NCBI RefSeq assembly: GCF_001194135.2
Contig: NC_068999.1
Coordinates: 21,009,741-21,073,740, forward strand
Length of the DNA: 64,000 nt
Reading direction: 5' to 3'
From: Octopus bimaculoides
Taxonomy: Eukaryota
In this document: one piece after another, positions 25,401 through 41,105 of the stretch
Layout: the number at the start of each line of letters is the position of its first letter
Position numbering within the stretch: position 1 is the first letter of the stretch
Position numbers and translations under genes: made by a program
Notes under the pieces: model-generated
The model's input: the letters and a program-made list of their open reading frames with translations, nothing else
Database searches by the model: none
What the model was told of the DNA's origin: nothing

Positions 25401-26724
25401 ATTTTACGTGTGCTTAAACCAAGGTTACACATCATCAAGCACACTTTTGTTCAAAGATATTGCGTCACGCTTGTTAACCAGACGCAGTGTAGCTTTCCTA
25501 TTTTCATGATGAGCTGATGGTATTTTGATAGAGATTTGTGGTTCTTTTTTCCACTACATCAAACATCTGAGTTGGGGTTATTTTGTTGCTTACGAAATAT
25601 AGCAAAAACATAGAGTTAAAGAAAAACACACAACAAATTGTAGTAAATAGTTTTACTCACACATGAGTTCTAAATTGAAAAACTCTTGGGGTTTAGATTT
25701 CTACATTCCAAGTTAGAATAACAGACTTAATAATATAATTAGTTGAAAAATAAAGAGAACTGGTGCCAGTTAAATCGATTTTTCCCTCTAAAAATACTGT
25801 GTATATATACATTTCTAAAAAGACTATAATCTACTGCTCAAAAAGTGTGTGTACGTATTTCATATATATATATATATATATATTTATATACATATTCGTG
25901 TGTGTGTGTGTGTGTGTGTGTGTATAACTAGCGGTTTGCCGTAGACGCAATTTGCACCGCCGTCTGCAAGTCAATGTGTTGTCCAACGGAAAATCAAGTG
26001 TCACCTTGGAGCTCCTGCCATCTTAAAGCTTGTCTGTCAGAATGCTACGAACTAGAATTGACATCGCAATGTATTGCTGTCCATCGTTCCAACAATGGAA
26101 TTGTGAAGCATTGTTTCTCTAATTGCATATAAATAACCTCAAAATAGGATTATACTACCTCAAAAATACCATATATGGAAACTCTAAATAGATTATAGCT
26201 TAAAAGTTATTCAAATGAAATCGCTGAAAATGCAAAAGCGGTTTGTGATGCATTCTCCAGTATTTATGGACCTAACAGTGGTGGGAGTGGAACTCTATTT
26301 CGTAGTTTGATACGTTTGAAGAAGCAGCTAAACTTCGTTCAAATTACAGTTTCGTGTGATATAAATGAAAAAAAAATGATTCAGTAGATATGTTCTTAGA
26401 TATTCCTAAAGCGCCGTGTCGGTTACGGATCGAATAATTCTGATAATAGATCTCCTTGGTAATGAATGACCAAGTGTAAACGTGAACAACTGCAGTAACT
26501 TTGAATTATTTGGTAGCGTTGCTCTGAAATTCTATTTATTAACCAAATGCACAGTATATTTACCCAGCGAATGAGTGATTAAAAGATGTTGATGAATAAC
26601 AAAACCAAAAACATATCTAGAGTGCTGTCTTTGTCTCTCTCTCTCTCTCTCTCTTTCTCCTCTCTCTCTTTCTCCTCTCTCTTTTTCTCTCTCCTAGTTT
26701 AAATATTGTTAGTCCTAGATAAGT

Positions 26725-26935
26725 TCGCGAAATGGCATAATCGTTCGCACGCCGGGCAAAATGCTCAGCAGCATTTCATCTGTCTTTACGTTCTGAGTTC
26801 AAACCCTGCCAAGGTCAAGTTTAACATTCACCCCCTTTCGGAATCGATAAAGTAAGCACCAGTCAAGTCGATAAAGTAAGTACCAGTTCGATATAATCCA
26901 CTAACCCCATCTACCGAATTTGCTATAATTTGAAT
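26725..26935 (+). mobile_element. SINE family A with an internal duplication of gtcgataaagtaag
   Basis: Similarity to the other family A copies. Confidence 0.75.
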
Positions 26936-28399
26936 CCATTATCAGTCCTTGGTAAATATCTGGTATTTTTTTCACGGAAAATAAATTCAGAATTTTAGTT
27001 GCTCACAAAATAAATACGTTAATATCCATTGATGTTAAAGAATTTGGTCGGTTGAGTATGGAAAAAATCCGAAAGATTTCTTTTGGTAAAAACATTTTGT
27101 TAGTAGTGTGATTGCTTTTCTGTGAAATGTAGATATTTTCATGCAAGAAATCAATGTTAATATAATGACCTGTAGTGTTCAAGTATGCCACTACTTCATT
27201 TAAGTTGCGTACGGGAGGATGAAGAAGAAACAGTATGTGTATATGTATGTGTGTGTCTTTATGTTTATTTGTGTGCTTGTGTGTTTGTGTGTGTGTGTGC
27301 GCGTGTGTGCGCACGTGTCGCTAATAGCCATAATTTGCAATTCTCTCATTTCATATCGTATTGGCATTCTAGATTAATTATATGCTGCCGGATTTTAATT
27401 ATCAGTAATGGATCTAAAATGTATTATCATTGGGTTTCAGTAGTGCAAATATGCATGGCACGATAATGCTTGAGGTAGAATCAAACAGATAGTGTAAAAA
27501 TGAGAATAAAATTTCAATTTGAATAAAATAGAGATATTTCTGAGGGGGGGGGGGGGACCACTATTACAAAGTTGAGGAGTTCCAGACATCTTTTACATTA
27601 TTTAACAAAGTCTGGCCAAATATTATTATATGGAGAACAAATTAATTAAGTTTAAAAAGTTTTTCGTTTTTTTTATAGCATCTTCATATGAGAAGGAGTA
27701 GTGTCAAGGCCTCTTTCACTGGCTTAAGGTAAGTAGAGCGAATCCTTGTTAGACTAGACAGCTGACCCAAATGTTTGAAATTCAGTGGGTTCCACAAGTA
27801 GTGGTGTAATCTAGAAACGAATAAAATCTTTAATACAAGTAATTGGGTTCCACACGTTTTGTCTACAAAATTTCACTCTCAGCTACATTGCTCAAATCAA
27901 AGCTTTATTACAATTAGCCCAAAGTACTATGCAAAAAGATTGAACCCGAGATCACAAAGCTACGAAGCGAAATTCCTTACTAGTTACTGCATTTTTTTAA
28001 AATTCCATCATGACAAAACGAAATGAGCAAAAGCGTCCAAGCTGTGACTACTCCGTATTTTTACAGGCTTTACAGGCTTTATACACTCCCGACTGAATTA
28101 TCTAATGAGGTATTTTATAAGACATTCGAGGAGGTATTTCAGAGAATTCAACTGCTATTTCTGGCAAGCCCAGAGCCATCGAAAATGCTTCGTCATTGAT
28201 GCGAATTAAGATAGTGAAATATAGAAGTGGAAACAAATGAGAAATAAATATCCCTCATGTTCTATGTATGACATTTATGTTTCTGGTGCAAAACTCCAGA
28301 GCCTGTGGAGAAATCACTTTTGCTGTTAGACCCAGGACAGGTTTCATATATAGGCGTGACTTTGTTTTCCAAACTCAGTGTATCATCTAACAATAAAGG

Positions 28400-28621
28400 T
28401 CTGTTTCAAGACGGTATGGTGCAATTTGAGTGAGTGTTGTCTGCTAGTTAAATGAGATCGAACAACCGCATAGCGTCCTTCGTTGTCCAGGTTTGTTCTT
28501 TTGACTGGAGCTCAGGAATAGGCTTATAGGTTATATTTTCTTTTAGCTATCCAATACCATAGAATACACACTGCTGGTGTCTTTGATGCTTTTCTGCCAG
28601 TGCTGGCGTTTACTACGAACC
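28400..28621 (-). pseudogene. Heavily degenerate exon (SVYSMVLDS*KKI*...PGQRRTLCGCSISFN*)
   Basis: Resembles TRANK1 NFNVLLDAF...SGEAERTLVLCLVMLVN at the expected position in the chain. Boundaries approximate. Confidence 0.4.
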
Positions 28622-29025
28622 CTCGACGTGCATAAAATGTGTTATTCTACGCTTAGTATGTTTAAAAATTGGATTTGATATCATTCTGGTTCGAAACAAA
28701 ATTAATTACTTGATTGAAAGCGAATTTCATAGTACAAAAGATAATGCTTCGCTGATAACAAAAACTGGCAAGAAATGATTATGTAGTAATAATGATTTTA
28801 TTATTGAAGAAATTGGCGTTATATTTCTATTTCAGTTATGAGTATTTTTTCCCAAGCTTTTGGAAATAGTATTTCAATTCCTTTATGATAATCCCACAAA
28901 ACTAAAAAATAAAAAAAATTCAGTTCATTACAACTTCAACATTTTTACGGTGATAATTTAAATTGAAATCGTGAGCAGGTCACGATGCTATTGTTTGCTA
29001 ATATGAGTATGCGTCTGTGTAGATA

Positions 29026-29075
<50 letters not shown>

Positions 29076-29649
29076 CTTATCTATCAATATATATATATAT
29101 GTGTGTGTGTGTGTCTACTTATGTATCTCTCTCTCTCTCTCTCTCCCTCTTTATATTTTGAATGCATTTAATACGTACGTTTCAGATCATTGTGCAATAG
29201 ATAAAAAGAAATTCATTTGTGTGTGTATATATATATACACACACATACGCGCGTGTGTGTGTCTGTGTCTGTGTGTATATGTATGGATGTGTGTATGTAT
29301 GTCCGTCAGTTATTATTCAATTTTATTTCAAGATTTCATGTCAATAGAGAAAAAGAGCCGGTTTCTAACCTAGATCCAATGCTCCTTCGTTGGAATTTCA
29401 CGAACATCAGTAGGATACAACTGCATGTATGGTTGCTTGTAGGCAGTATTTGGAGTCAGTGCGTGCGCAGATTTGTATGTTATGGTTTATCTATGTATTC
29501 TCATGCAGATAGTTGCTATCTAAACAAGTGCATATGTACTAAAATCGTAAACCACAGGAAAGTTACAGTTCTAGTTGTGATTTGAATCTGCGGTTTTCGA
29601 ATCAGCTTTCCCTTTTATGGTTTTGAGAATCTGGTTAATTCCCACTGCG

Positions 29650-29733
29650 TGCCCAAGGTGCCACGCAGTGTGACTGAACCCGAAACCATGTGGTTGGTAA
29701 GCAAGCTACTTACCACACAGCCACTCCTTCGCC
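29650..29733 (-). mobile_element. SINE family B 5' head (3'-truncated)
   Basis: Reverse complement nearly identical to 11771-11850. Confidence 0.85.
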
Positions 29734-29784
29734 TATATATATGTGTGTGTGTATATGTATATATATGTATATATGTGTGTGTGC

Positions 29785-29821
<37 letters not shown>

Positions 29822-29834
29822 TATATACACACAC

Positions 29835-29873
<39 letters not shown>

Positions 29874-31939
29874 TACATACGTATATCCGAGTATGGATCT
29901 CTTTATTCATAGCTGCGTGTTTTCAACAATCGTCCATATAAATTATAAATTGGGCTAAAAGATTCTACAATACAGAATGGTTGTTAAGACTTTGACGCCT
30001 CAACCATCTGGCTTCAAGTTCAATTGCAGTGCGTTGCACCTCAGGCAATTGTCTCTTATCTCACTGGGCCCCAAGTTGAGCAAGGTTGCAGCAGTAAGTT
30101 CATACGGTGAAAGAATACAGAAAGTTGTCAAATTTAGCTAAAACTCAAAAAGAAAACATGCTTTATGAATCTTTTAAAGCGCGAAATTCCGCGTGGGAAC
30201 GTTCTGTTTCAAAAATTCTAACTTTCAAAACCGGTGTCAAATATAGAAGGAGCAAATATCTTTGTAACAAATAGAATAAGTACATGTATGCGTGCATGCC
30301 AGTGCGATGCGTTTGTGTCTATCTATGTGTGCGTGCGTGTGGGGGGTTGCGTGTATGCGATGGACCACGTGATTCTATGTTGATGTCTGTGTGAGTATTT
30401 TTAACACAGAAACACTATATATGCTTTAGATTTTCCTTGAACTGATATCTACTGGAAGTGATTTGGTGTATTTCCAGTAGTGATGTCAAACCTTGGCTAC
30501 TTCATCAAATTGCTAATCTAACATTTTGTTTATATTTTTAAGATCTCGAATCGATTTTTCTTTATCTGTCGCAAAGTTAAACTTGAATAATCCGAAGTAT
30601 GTCTAGAAACGTGTAGTATATCACATCATATATATATATATATATATATATANNNNNNNNNNNNNNNNNNNNNNNNNNNNNNNNNNNNNNNNNNNNNNNN
30701 NNNNNNNNNNNNNNNNNNNNNNNNNNNNNNNNNNNNNNNNNNNNNNNNNNNNNNNNNNNNNNNNNNNNNNNNNNNNCACCCATACATATATACATGTGTG
30801 TGCGTGTGTTTGCGTGTAAATAGATAAACACATACACACACACACACTCATACGGGTACGTATATATATTTGCATATATACACAAAATTAAGGGAGTTTG
30901 AGATTTGAAAATACATTTATCTATTTAGCCAAATGACAATCCTAAAATTACGGTTGTTTCCCCACCCTCTTCATGGAGTATTAATTTTCGTATACAAGAA
31001 ATTATGCGTAAATGTTTATATAAATATGTATGGTCATCATTATAAAATACAATTATATATTTACAAATTAATGGAAATAAAAAAAAATGTAGCACATCAG
31101 ATCACCAGAACAGTGTGGTTATATATACAGTGTGGAATGATAGCCGAGTTCGTAAGAAGGGCTTACTGTGATCACCGCATAATTCTCTGAAACCATACTC
31201 AATTCTTTGAAATATTTTTCTGATGAAGGAGCTGAATTCTAAGAAAGATACAAAACTCCGTCCTTGAAATGCAGATAACAAAATCAAATTCTCATTCTAA
31301 ACTTGAAGAAAGTCTTGCATAAATTCACTGTTCCATTCGGAAATGGTATATATGAAACGGTTGGTTGATTTCTTTTTCGCGTAAACCTACTATATCCAGA
31401 TTATCACTGAAACATTAATCCTTGTGGTGTGCCATTCTATGTGTTTACATATGAACATGTGTGTGCATGTATGTATATCTGTAGGTATGTCCGTAAATAG
31501 GTAGGTAGGTAGGTAGGTAGGCAGGCAGGCAGGTGTATGTGTGTGTGAGAGAGTACAGATGTGTGAATGATCGAAGTTCGTTTCGCAACTTTAAGATCCC
31601 GCGTGGGATGGCATTGAATGGCACCATATTGAGGGAATCGGGGTTGACGGAAACTGTACAGAAGCCTGTCAGAAGGAACATAATTTCGTACCTGTAAAAT
31701 CAAAAGTTAAGCCCTTCTCAAAAACTGTGTCTCTCCTCCTGATTCACCTTGTGAATTACATCATTTGTCCACGTCTCTTCGGTATACTCTGCCACTTACA
31801 GTTAATTCAGGAGTAGGTAAGTTCATTTACTCCTAATAACTGAATCCTCGTCGACGAACGACGGAGGTTCGCTGCGAGCCTATTAATATTTTTGTATATA
31901 CACGTATAAACATAGTTTATATGTATAGGCATATATTCA

Positions 31940-32064
31940 GTGGTGGTGGTAATGTTGGTAGTAGTTGTGATAGTATTGGTGTTGCTGGTAGTGGTGATGA
32001 TAGTTGAAATGGTAGTGGTGGTGGTAGTGGTTGTGTTAGTAGTAGTAATATTGGTGATGATGAC

Positions 32065-32137
<73 letters not shown>

Positions 32138-32370
32138 ATGGTGGTGGTGGTGTCAGTGTCGGTGAGGGTGGGAGTGCCGATAGCTGTATTAGTAATAGTA
32201 GTAGTAGTATTAGTGGTAGTGGTGTGATGGTAGTGATAGTAATAGTAGTAGTACTAGCTGTTGTTGTTGTTGTTGTTGTTGTTGCTGTTGTTGTTGTTAT
32301 TGTTGTAGCAGCAGTAGCAACAGCAACAGCAGTAGTAGCAGTAGTAGTAGCAGTAGTAGTAGCAGCAGCT
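31940..32370. repeat. Compound (GTA/GTG/GTT/GCA)n trinucleotide array
   Basis: Directly visible; explains the poly-Val ORFs. Confidence 0.95.
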
Positions 32371-33135
32371 GTATACGACGAGGTAAAAGAAGGAAATCAC
32401 TATGGAATAGTAAAAGTTGAAGCGAATATGTACCTCGCGTTTAGTGCAGAAATTGAACTCGGGGATACAGGAGTGAAGAGGAGAAGGAGAGGGGAGGTGG
32501 GGGTGATAGATAGAAAATGAAAGGAAGGGGGGAGGCCTGGAAAAAGAGATTCATATCTACATATAATGATAGGCAAGTTGTGTGTTTTACCATTTTCGCG
32601 AAACAACAAAGTGAAACTTCGATGTTAAACGATTGATCAAATACGCACACACACACACACACACATACATATGCATATATATATATGTATATATATATAT
32701 GTATATATATATATNNNNNNNNNNNNNNNNNNNNNNNNNNNNNNNNNNNNNNNNNNNNNNNNNNNNNNNNNNNNNNNNNNNNNNNNNNNNNNNNNNNNNN
32801 NNNNNNNNNNNNNNNNNNNNNNNNNNNNNNNNNNNNNNNNNNNNNNNNNNNNNNNNNNNNNNNNNNNNNNNNNNNNNNNNNNNNNNNNNNNNNNNNNNNN
32901 NNCACACACACACACATACATATGCATATATATATATGCGTACATATAAAGATACCTATCAACACATATATATACATACATACCCAGTTAGATATGTATT
33001 TGTGCATGTATTTTGTCGGCGTACGTGAGTGCGCTCGCGTGTGTATATTTAATCTATGCAACGATAAATATGCAGATAGGCGGTTATACATTGGCAACAA
33101 GACCGAAAGACCGAAAGACCGAAAGACAGACAGAC

Positions 33136-33215
<80 letters not shown>

Positions 33216-34569
33216 GTTCTCATTAGACAAATTATTGCATTGTAGTAGTCGATAATTGAAGACTGATGTTACTCTTGCTCCCCCTCCCGCTGATTTTTTT
33301 TTTTACGTCACCTTGTTCTCTCTTAGTACCTAATCATCTATGAAGTTTGGAATTTAAGAGAAAGAACAAAAAATACCCGAAAATCAATCTCAGACTTCAC
33401 AATCAATGCCCTTAAATTATAGCTTGTTCATACGTCTTTTACCGGTATATGTCTACCACATTATTGCCATTAGCTTTGGCACAGAATTTTATCATAGAAG
33501 CTGCACCTTATTGAATAGAGGTAGCTGTGTATCAGGAATAGCACATATTTTATTTTGAATTCTGTTGTTGATCAATGAAAATCAGAAATGAGAGGTGCTC
33601 GTGGCATTTGTTGTTCTACCGAAGTAGGGAAGGTTAGGTGTGGCCGGTGTTCAGTTTAGGTCTTTGTAGGACAACGTTTGCAAGAAAACTATGAACAGGA
33701 AAAGGATAAAGTAATTCTCCAGAGGATTGGAATTCTTGAAAGAAAAGTGAGGGAATACTATTTTTGTACAGAGTTTAGGAAGGGAACAAAGGAAGAAAGC
33801 CGTGTGTGTAAAGAATAAATGCAGTTAACTCGTTTAAAGGAACAGAGGCTGTTGTAGTAGCTATAAAATAGAGGCGGAAATCAGACAGAACTGTGTGTTT
33901 GTAATCTTCTTGCTTTCTCTCAATTCATGATTGGAAAAGGTAATATCAGTGCAATTAGGCTGCTATTTGTAGCTGCTCAAAGACCTATATAGAAATACCG
34001 CCATTGTGTGTTTGTGTATGCACGTGTATGTGTATTTTTGTCTGTGTGAGTTGTCTCTGTGTGCGTATACGTGTGCATGTATGTGCGTAATATCACTGAC
34101 CGTGTTATTTTAGAAGTACTCTTTGTGGATCTTACTTCACCTATGTAAAAGATCACGATTGTTGCTCGCTCATATATTTCCCCAAACGCGATCCTTACAT
34201 AAGGCAATGTTTTTGTATATTTATTATTCCTAGTTTATAAAACTACATTATTATACTAAAACTCATTGAATACACAATTCTCGTAATAGTCTTTTAAGTA
34301 TGTGATAATACGTGAAATGAAATGCTTAATGTAACATAATCGAAGTAAACTAGGATATACATATATGGAATATAAGTTATGACTGTACAAAAATGCCAGT
34401 GTTTGTATTTCTCAATATCCGTTGTTCAAACGATATCAAAGGCGGTTTTGCCGTCCTTCTATTACTGGACTGAATCAGTAAAATCGATACCATTCAAATA
34501 ATGAAGTTAATTCATTCGACTTTGCACCTCCTCTAAATTTGATAGTTTCAAGATCCCTATTATTATTGA

Positions 34570-34733
34570 GACGGCTGGTTGGTTGAATCGTTACCATGCA
34601 GGACGAAATGCTTAGCGGCATCTCATCCATCTTTAGGTTTTGAGTTCAAATTCCGCCGAAGTCGACTTTGTCTTTTATCCTTTCGGCGTTGGTTAAATAA
34701 TGTACCAGTAGAGCACTGGGGGTCGATGTAATC
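34570..34733 (+). mobile_element. SINE family A
   Basis: A/B boxes and core block. Confidence 0.8.
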
Positions 34734-34916
34734 TGCGGTTCGCACTTATTTTCTGATGGCTGGACTAAAGCAACGTTTAATTAAGTTCACTACGGAAGGA
34801 CAAGACGCATAGCTTGGTCTAAGAATCGAATACAATACATGACCTTACAACAATGAATCTGACAGCTTTATGACCAGGATTGTGTTTTATTCATAGGAAT
34901 AGAGACATTGAATTTG

Positions 34917-35128
34917 GGCGGTGGGCTGGCTGAATCGTTAGCACGCTCGGAAAATGCTAAGCGGCAGCTCGTCCGTCTTTATGTTCTGAGTTCAAATTCC
35001 GCGGAGGTCGACTTTACCTTTCGCCCCTCGGGGTCGATAAAACGAGTACCATTTGAGCATTGGGCTCGATCTAATCGACCTTTCCCTCCCCTTGAAATTG
35101 ATGGCCTTGTGCCAAAACTTGAAAGCAG
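34917..35128 (+). mobile_element. SINE family A, full length
   Basis: ggcggtgggctggctgaatcgttag...gagttcaaattccgc...ccttgtgccaaaacttgaaa. Confidence 0.85.
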
Positions 35129-35176
35129 TAGAGCTATCGAATAATTTGTAAATACATGTATTTTTCATTAGGTTAC

Positions 35177-35452
35177 CTTGATGACTATAACATTTTGATG
35201 TATATAACACTTCTGTGACGAGAAATGCAAATCATGGTGTACTCTGTTAGAATTGATTTCCATACACCGGAGAGACATACACATCGCAGCAGCATGGAGA
35301 ATAGCCTTCATCTCTCTCAATGTGCAGAATGTTTCTTGAGTAATGAAAAATACCCAAATATTTCTATGTCTACATATAAATAGTAAATACCTCGAGTAGC
35401 TGAGGTCTTCGAATCTTAGTTTCAGCTGCATGGCTCAGTTTTAAATGCATGG
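35177..35452 (-). pseudogene. Degenerate exon (MHLKLSHAAETKIRRPQLLEVFTIYM*T*KYLGIFHYSRNILHIERDEG...)
   Basis: 276 nt, phase 1-1, acceptor tttttacacattag|, donor aag|gtaacc. KYLGIFHY ~ SYIALLHY; four stops in this frame. Confidence 0.55.
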
Positions 35453-36095
35453 CTAATGTGTAAAAAATAAATGTTAAAATTATAATTTCCCTTTTTATCC
35501 ACCTGATATATTGATTTGTAATATAGATAGAAGGAATAGTCGATTGATGCATTTTCGTTTAACATTAAAAGAAAGTTGAGGAATTAACCACCCTATAATT
35601 TAAAGATAGAACGTAAATATCCATAACTTAATATAACCGAATCCGCCAATATTTCATCCTTCTCATATCTTATGTGTTATAGACAGCTTGAAAATTAAGT
35701 TAAAGCAAAACCGATAAATTCAGTGAATTATAAGCGAGTAATCCAAGTTAATAAACGAGAGTGGCTTCGATTCCTTTTTGGATTAAATAATATGACATTA
35801 AATGGTGTCTTTGAAACCTTCTAGCCTATCTAAAACGGATTTTTCATGTCTCGCACAATTTGCGGGGGGATGGATCGATCTAAAATACAGGAAGTCTGCA
35901 AGTAATCAAACAGAAAAATATGTGTAACCAAACTTCCTTGTGTGGGCTTTGACAGGTTTTCCCAAATGCAGGGATCCATCGGAGCACGTTCTTAATTTCA
36001 ATCAATATCGTTATACGTATCAAAATACCTCCCCTCAACAGAACACTAGGTAAATTGTAGATCTCTTGTATATGCTCCGAAAGAAGGTCGCTCAC

Positions 36096-36277
36096 CGGCA
36101 TCCCAAAGGAACCAGGCATATGAGGGCCTCCAGCAATTTAACAGTTTCTCTAAGAGAAAGTAACTCTATACAAATCCTGTCTGTTGAAGACATCTAGTCT
36201 TGTGGCACTCGTTGCACGAGAAAAGTACAAATTTGAAGGATGAGAGGATGGGACTGGCTTTGCATAAATCGTGTCCA
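36096..36277 (-). pseudogene. Degenerate exon (WTRFMQ...ICTFLVQRVPQD*MSSTDRICIELLSLRETVKLLEALICLVPLGC)
   Basis: Acceptor ttattacag|, donor ccg|gtgagc. Best TRANK1-like match; the TAG at 36194-36196 falls where TRANK1 has Tyr, one substitution away. Confidence 0.65.
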
Positions 36278-37666
36278 CTGTAATAATATTTATCGTGCAT
36301 ATTGTTCGCTAAACCGAGACACCAACACCATCACTATCACACTTTCTTCGTAAGTGTAGTGGGATAGGAAGGAAAAAAGGTGACGATGACAGGTGGAAGA
36401 TGCTATCGTAAGGGTTATGCGGCACACAGGCGGGCATAGATTGATGGACGTTGTCCACATACCTGTGGCAGATATGGATTCCGTATCTTGTGCAGCTGTG
36501 TTTTACTGAACCCGCATACGTAGAGCGATGAGAAAACCCACCACCAATTTTGTATATAACAAAAAGAACTGTATTGAGGACTAGATCCCAATGTTAATAC
36601 TTGATAATTCCACATCTCTTCCGTTGCTTGCAACAGAGATCTTATTCTACCCGTAGAACCTATATAAAAATACATGGACTCGACCGTCGACGGCTAATTG
36701 TCTTCAATACAAATATAACACAACATCACACTATTTTTTTCTTCTATATTACCCTATCGATTCCCCCATCTGTACTCTCTTACAATTAATTAAAACATCT
36801 TAATTAAAAATCTAAAAGATATTTACAGTAACAGTGTATCTTAATTTACGCTGACAGATTGCCTTCGTTAAAACCTTTCAGTATGTTCGCATTAAATTTT
36901 TCGTGACATACAAATGTTACTGTTCTATTACTAAAGTGTTTCAATCACGACTGGCCCGGTTAAAAATAATTCAATTATCAATAGATTCTCTCTATTGCCA
37001 TTTACTGATTAGTTTTACGTTTTAATCTTACATTTTATTACTTGAATTTTTCATTCGCGCTCCAATGACTTGCTAAATTGTTTCGAATTCTAGAATACTA
37101 AAACTTCTGCATACCGCATTCTTCTTAATACTTGGAAGTAGAAGAAAAAGATGGAGGAGAAGAAGATGCGGAAGAAAGAGACGGAAAGAAATTACCATAA
37201 TCTTCTATTGAATTTGAGTAAATGAAATATCTCTAACAATGCGAGCGTGAAGCTTCAACGACCGGAACCTCAAGGGCGAGATTAAATCAATATTTTGAAG
37301 AGAAACTCGTTGTATGAACATATAGTTTGTAAGAGAAAATGTGTGATAGCTTAACCAATTAGCCAATAAGTCATTTAATCAAACAACAAGAGCCAATGAG
37401 AATCTCGATATGACCGCTCGTATAGCTAGAAATCGTAGCCAACAACCATCTGAAACCAAATCATAGTGTTTTAAATGTCGTTGAGGTTACACAATTACGC
37501 AATTCCTAAAAGAAAATTAACTAAGGAGTGGTCTCAGAATCATTGCTTTAACCATAGGCCTGTTTATCTGTCCCAGCAGATGCGGGAGAACGAAAACAAA
37601 AAAAGACGTGTGATAAATCAATGTCAGATCTCTCTTTCTCTCTCTCTCTCTGTATATACATATATA

Positions 37667-37712
<46 letters not shown>

Positions 37713-38572
37713 TGTGTGTAAGAAAAGAAATGGAGCAACAATTAGAAATTGATCATTGGTTTAAAAAGTTATAGTTTAATCGTAGATCAAGAACATTTAC
37801 AGCTGTTTCAGTTTGTATTTCGAAGTAAATTTGCATTTATTTCGTTCCATTTAACAAGCATCTTCAGAATGATTTAAAGTTTATCGGAGAAATATAGATG
37901 GGAGAAAAAGGAAAATGAAAAGAAAAAGGAAACAAGTTCGTTAAGTGTTTAGGCTTACATTTTGGTGCCCTTATTGGTTCCTCGTGTGTGTACGTTACTT
38001 CAATTCGATGAATGGAGCAATACGTGGGGAAAATGGCTAGTTGACCGGCGGTGTTAGTCGAAGGAGTTGTAGCCTGGTAGTAATATCCGGTGTTGTCAAT
38101 CGTAATGAATAACGCTATTTGCGACTGCTAGATAAGTCCCTATGATTACAAATAATGCCCTTGGGTACAGGACGTCACCGACTGTGTAAACAGCATGATA
38201 TACAAAAGCAAACGTGTTAAATACGCTAACAACTAGAAAAAAAATGGAAAACAGGAAAAGTAAACCCAGAGAACGACCCGTCATCAGTTGGCTGTCTATC
38301 TATTCCTCATTTCGAGCATTCAACAACAATATGAGTCTTCAAAGACAGTTGCTCTCATAAATTCTAAAATAAAATTTAGGATTTATGGAGGGTCAAAGTT
38401 GGGAACAAAAACAGGACAGTTGAGACATACAAGGAACCTGAACGAAAACAAACGAGGATCGTAATATATACATACACACACACTCACACACACATATATG
38501 TATGTATATACGTATGCGTTCGCTGCATTTCGTCCGTCTTTACGTTCTGAGTTGAGATTCCGNNNNNNNNNN

Positions 38573-38603
<31 letters not shown>

Positions 38604-38654
38604 CACACACACTCACACACACATATATGTATGTATATACGTATGCGTTCGCTG

Positions 38655-38712
38655 CATTTCGTCCGTCTTTACGTTCTGAGTTGAGATTCCGCCGAAGTCG
38701 ACTTTGTCCTTC
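38655..38712 (+). mobile_element. SINE family A internal fragment (part duplicated across a 10-N gap)
   Basis: catttcgtccgtctttacgttctgagtt..attccgccgaagtcgactttg. Confidence 0.7.
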
Positions 38713-39572
38713 GCCTACTTCCAATGATGGTGCACATATTACTCCTATACTACCACTACTGTTACCATCGTCACTACTACGAATAGTACTATCATTGTCA
38801 CTCCAGTAGTTCCGATTTTTCTCCCTAAGGAAGGCGTATAGACCTGAAGAAGACCTGGACTATAGATGGCATCTCCATCATAAGGCCGGCTATGGCGATG
38901 AAAGTTTTTCAAAACTAGCTGATTGACTGTTCAAACTATTAATCAAGCATTCAGTAAGATAATTGGTTAAATCCTAATGAATTGACTAATAATAATATAA
39001 GAAGTGAAATCGAACCAGTGCCTGTGTTCACAGCTGACCTAATGCCCCAACCAAGAAACATCAAAATCTGTTTCGACACACGAGTTCACATCAAGATTTT
39101 TGCAAACCAAATGCATAAACGAAATTTGCATGAGATTTGACTGCTATTTCTAGATTTCTGAATGAGAGACCCTCTTATTTCTTCGGTATCTGTTATATAA
39201 TGTCTTGGCTGATGTTATTGATCTAATAACTTGTAAAAGATTTCCCTCCGCCCCCTCAAAAGTCAGTTGGTTGAGAACAATAACATTTGTGTACGTGTGC
39301 AAGTCTTATAGATGGATATACACTTTCCCTCAATGCACTCAATATCTATGTACACATATAAGCTATTCATTCGTACGCACGTTCATATGTACATATGTAC
39401 GTATGTATGCATTCATGTATGTATGTATTCATGTAAATAAGTACGTATATATGGGTCTGTAAGTATTTATATATGCGTATTAAACTATTCATAATTTAAT
39501 TATCTTCAATACGTCTAAAAAGAAATTTCTTTTGGCATGTATTCCAATATGTGTCTGATGTGCGTATTTGTG

Positions 39573-40515
<943 letters not shown>

Positions 40516-40653
40516 ACGCGCACATATATTCACTCTCTTTCTCTGTTTATCTATTTTCATTCCATCGTCCTCTGCCTCTTGGCATACCTATTTTGCTGAA
40601 ATCTATTTCTTACTGCTAAATATACTTAACTTCTTTTCTAAACAGTTAGCGTC

Positions 40654-40684
<31 letters not shown>

Positions 40685-40712
40685 TGTATGTATGTATGCA
40701 TGGGTGTATATT

Positions 40713-40772
<60 letters not shown>

Positions 40773-41105
40773 TACAAACACACATGCGTACATGCATATA
40801 CACATGCATACATACATACATATATACATACATACCAGGATGGATTGATGGATGGATGCGTGTGTATATCCATGTTTGTATGTGTTTGTTTGTTTATGCG
40901 TGTGCCTGTGTCTGTATTTCTATGCCTGTGTGACTGAGTGCATATGTGGAACGCAAGAAAGAACAGTGCTTGCTTCTAACCACCAACCAAAAGCAATATA
41001 TCTCAGCTCATAATAGATTTTATTAATCGAAATAATAACCAATAGAATCTATTCATGTTTACCAGCAGAACAATTCTAGCATAATATATTCTATAGTCCT
41101 GTAAC

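Noticed and set aside
35168-35431. 87-aa open ORF as an intact exon
   Set aside because: The family-like motif (KYLGIFHY) and the better acceptor are in a different, stop-containing frame. The open frame shows no recognisable homology.
38466-38692. ~95-bp identical direct repeat
   Set aside because: The copies sit either side of a 10-N gap; assembly artefact.
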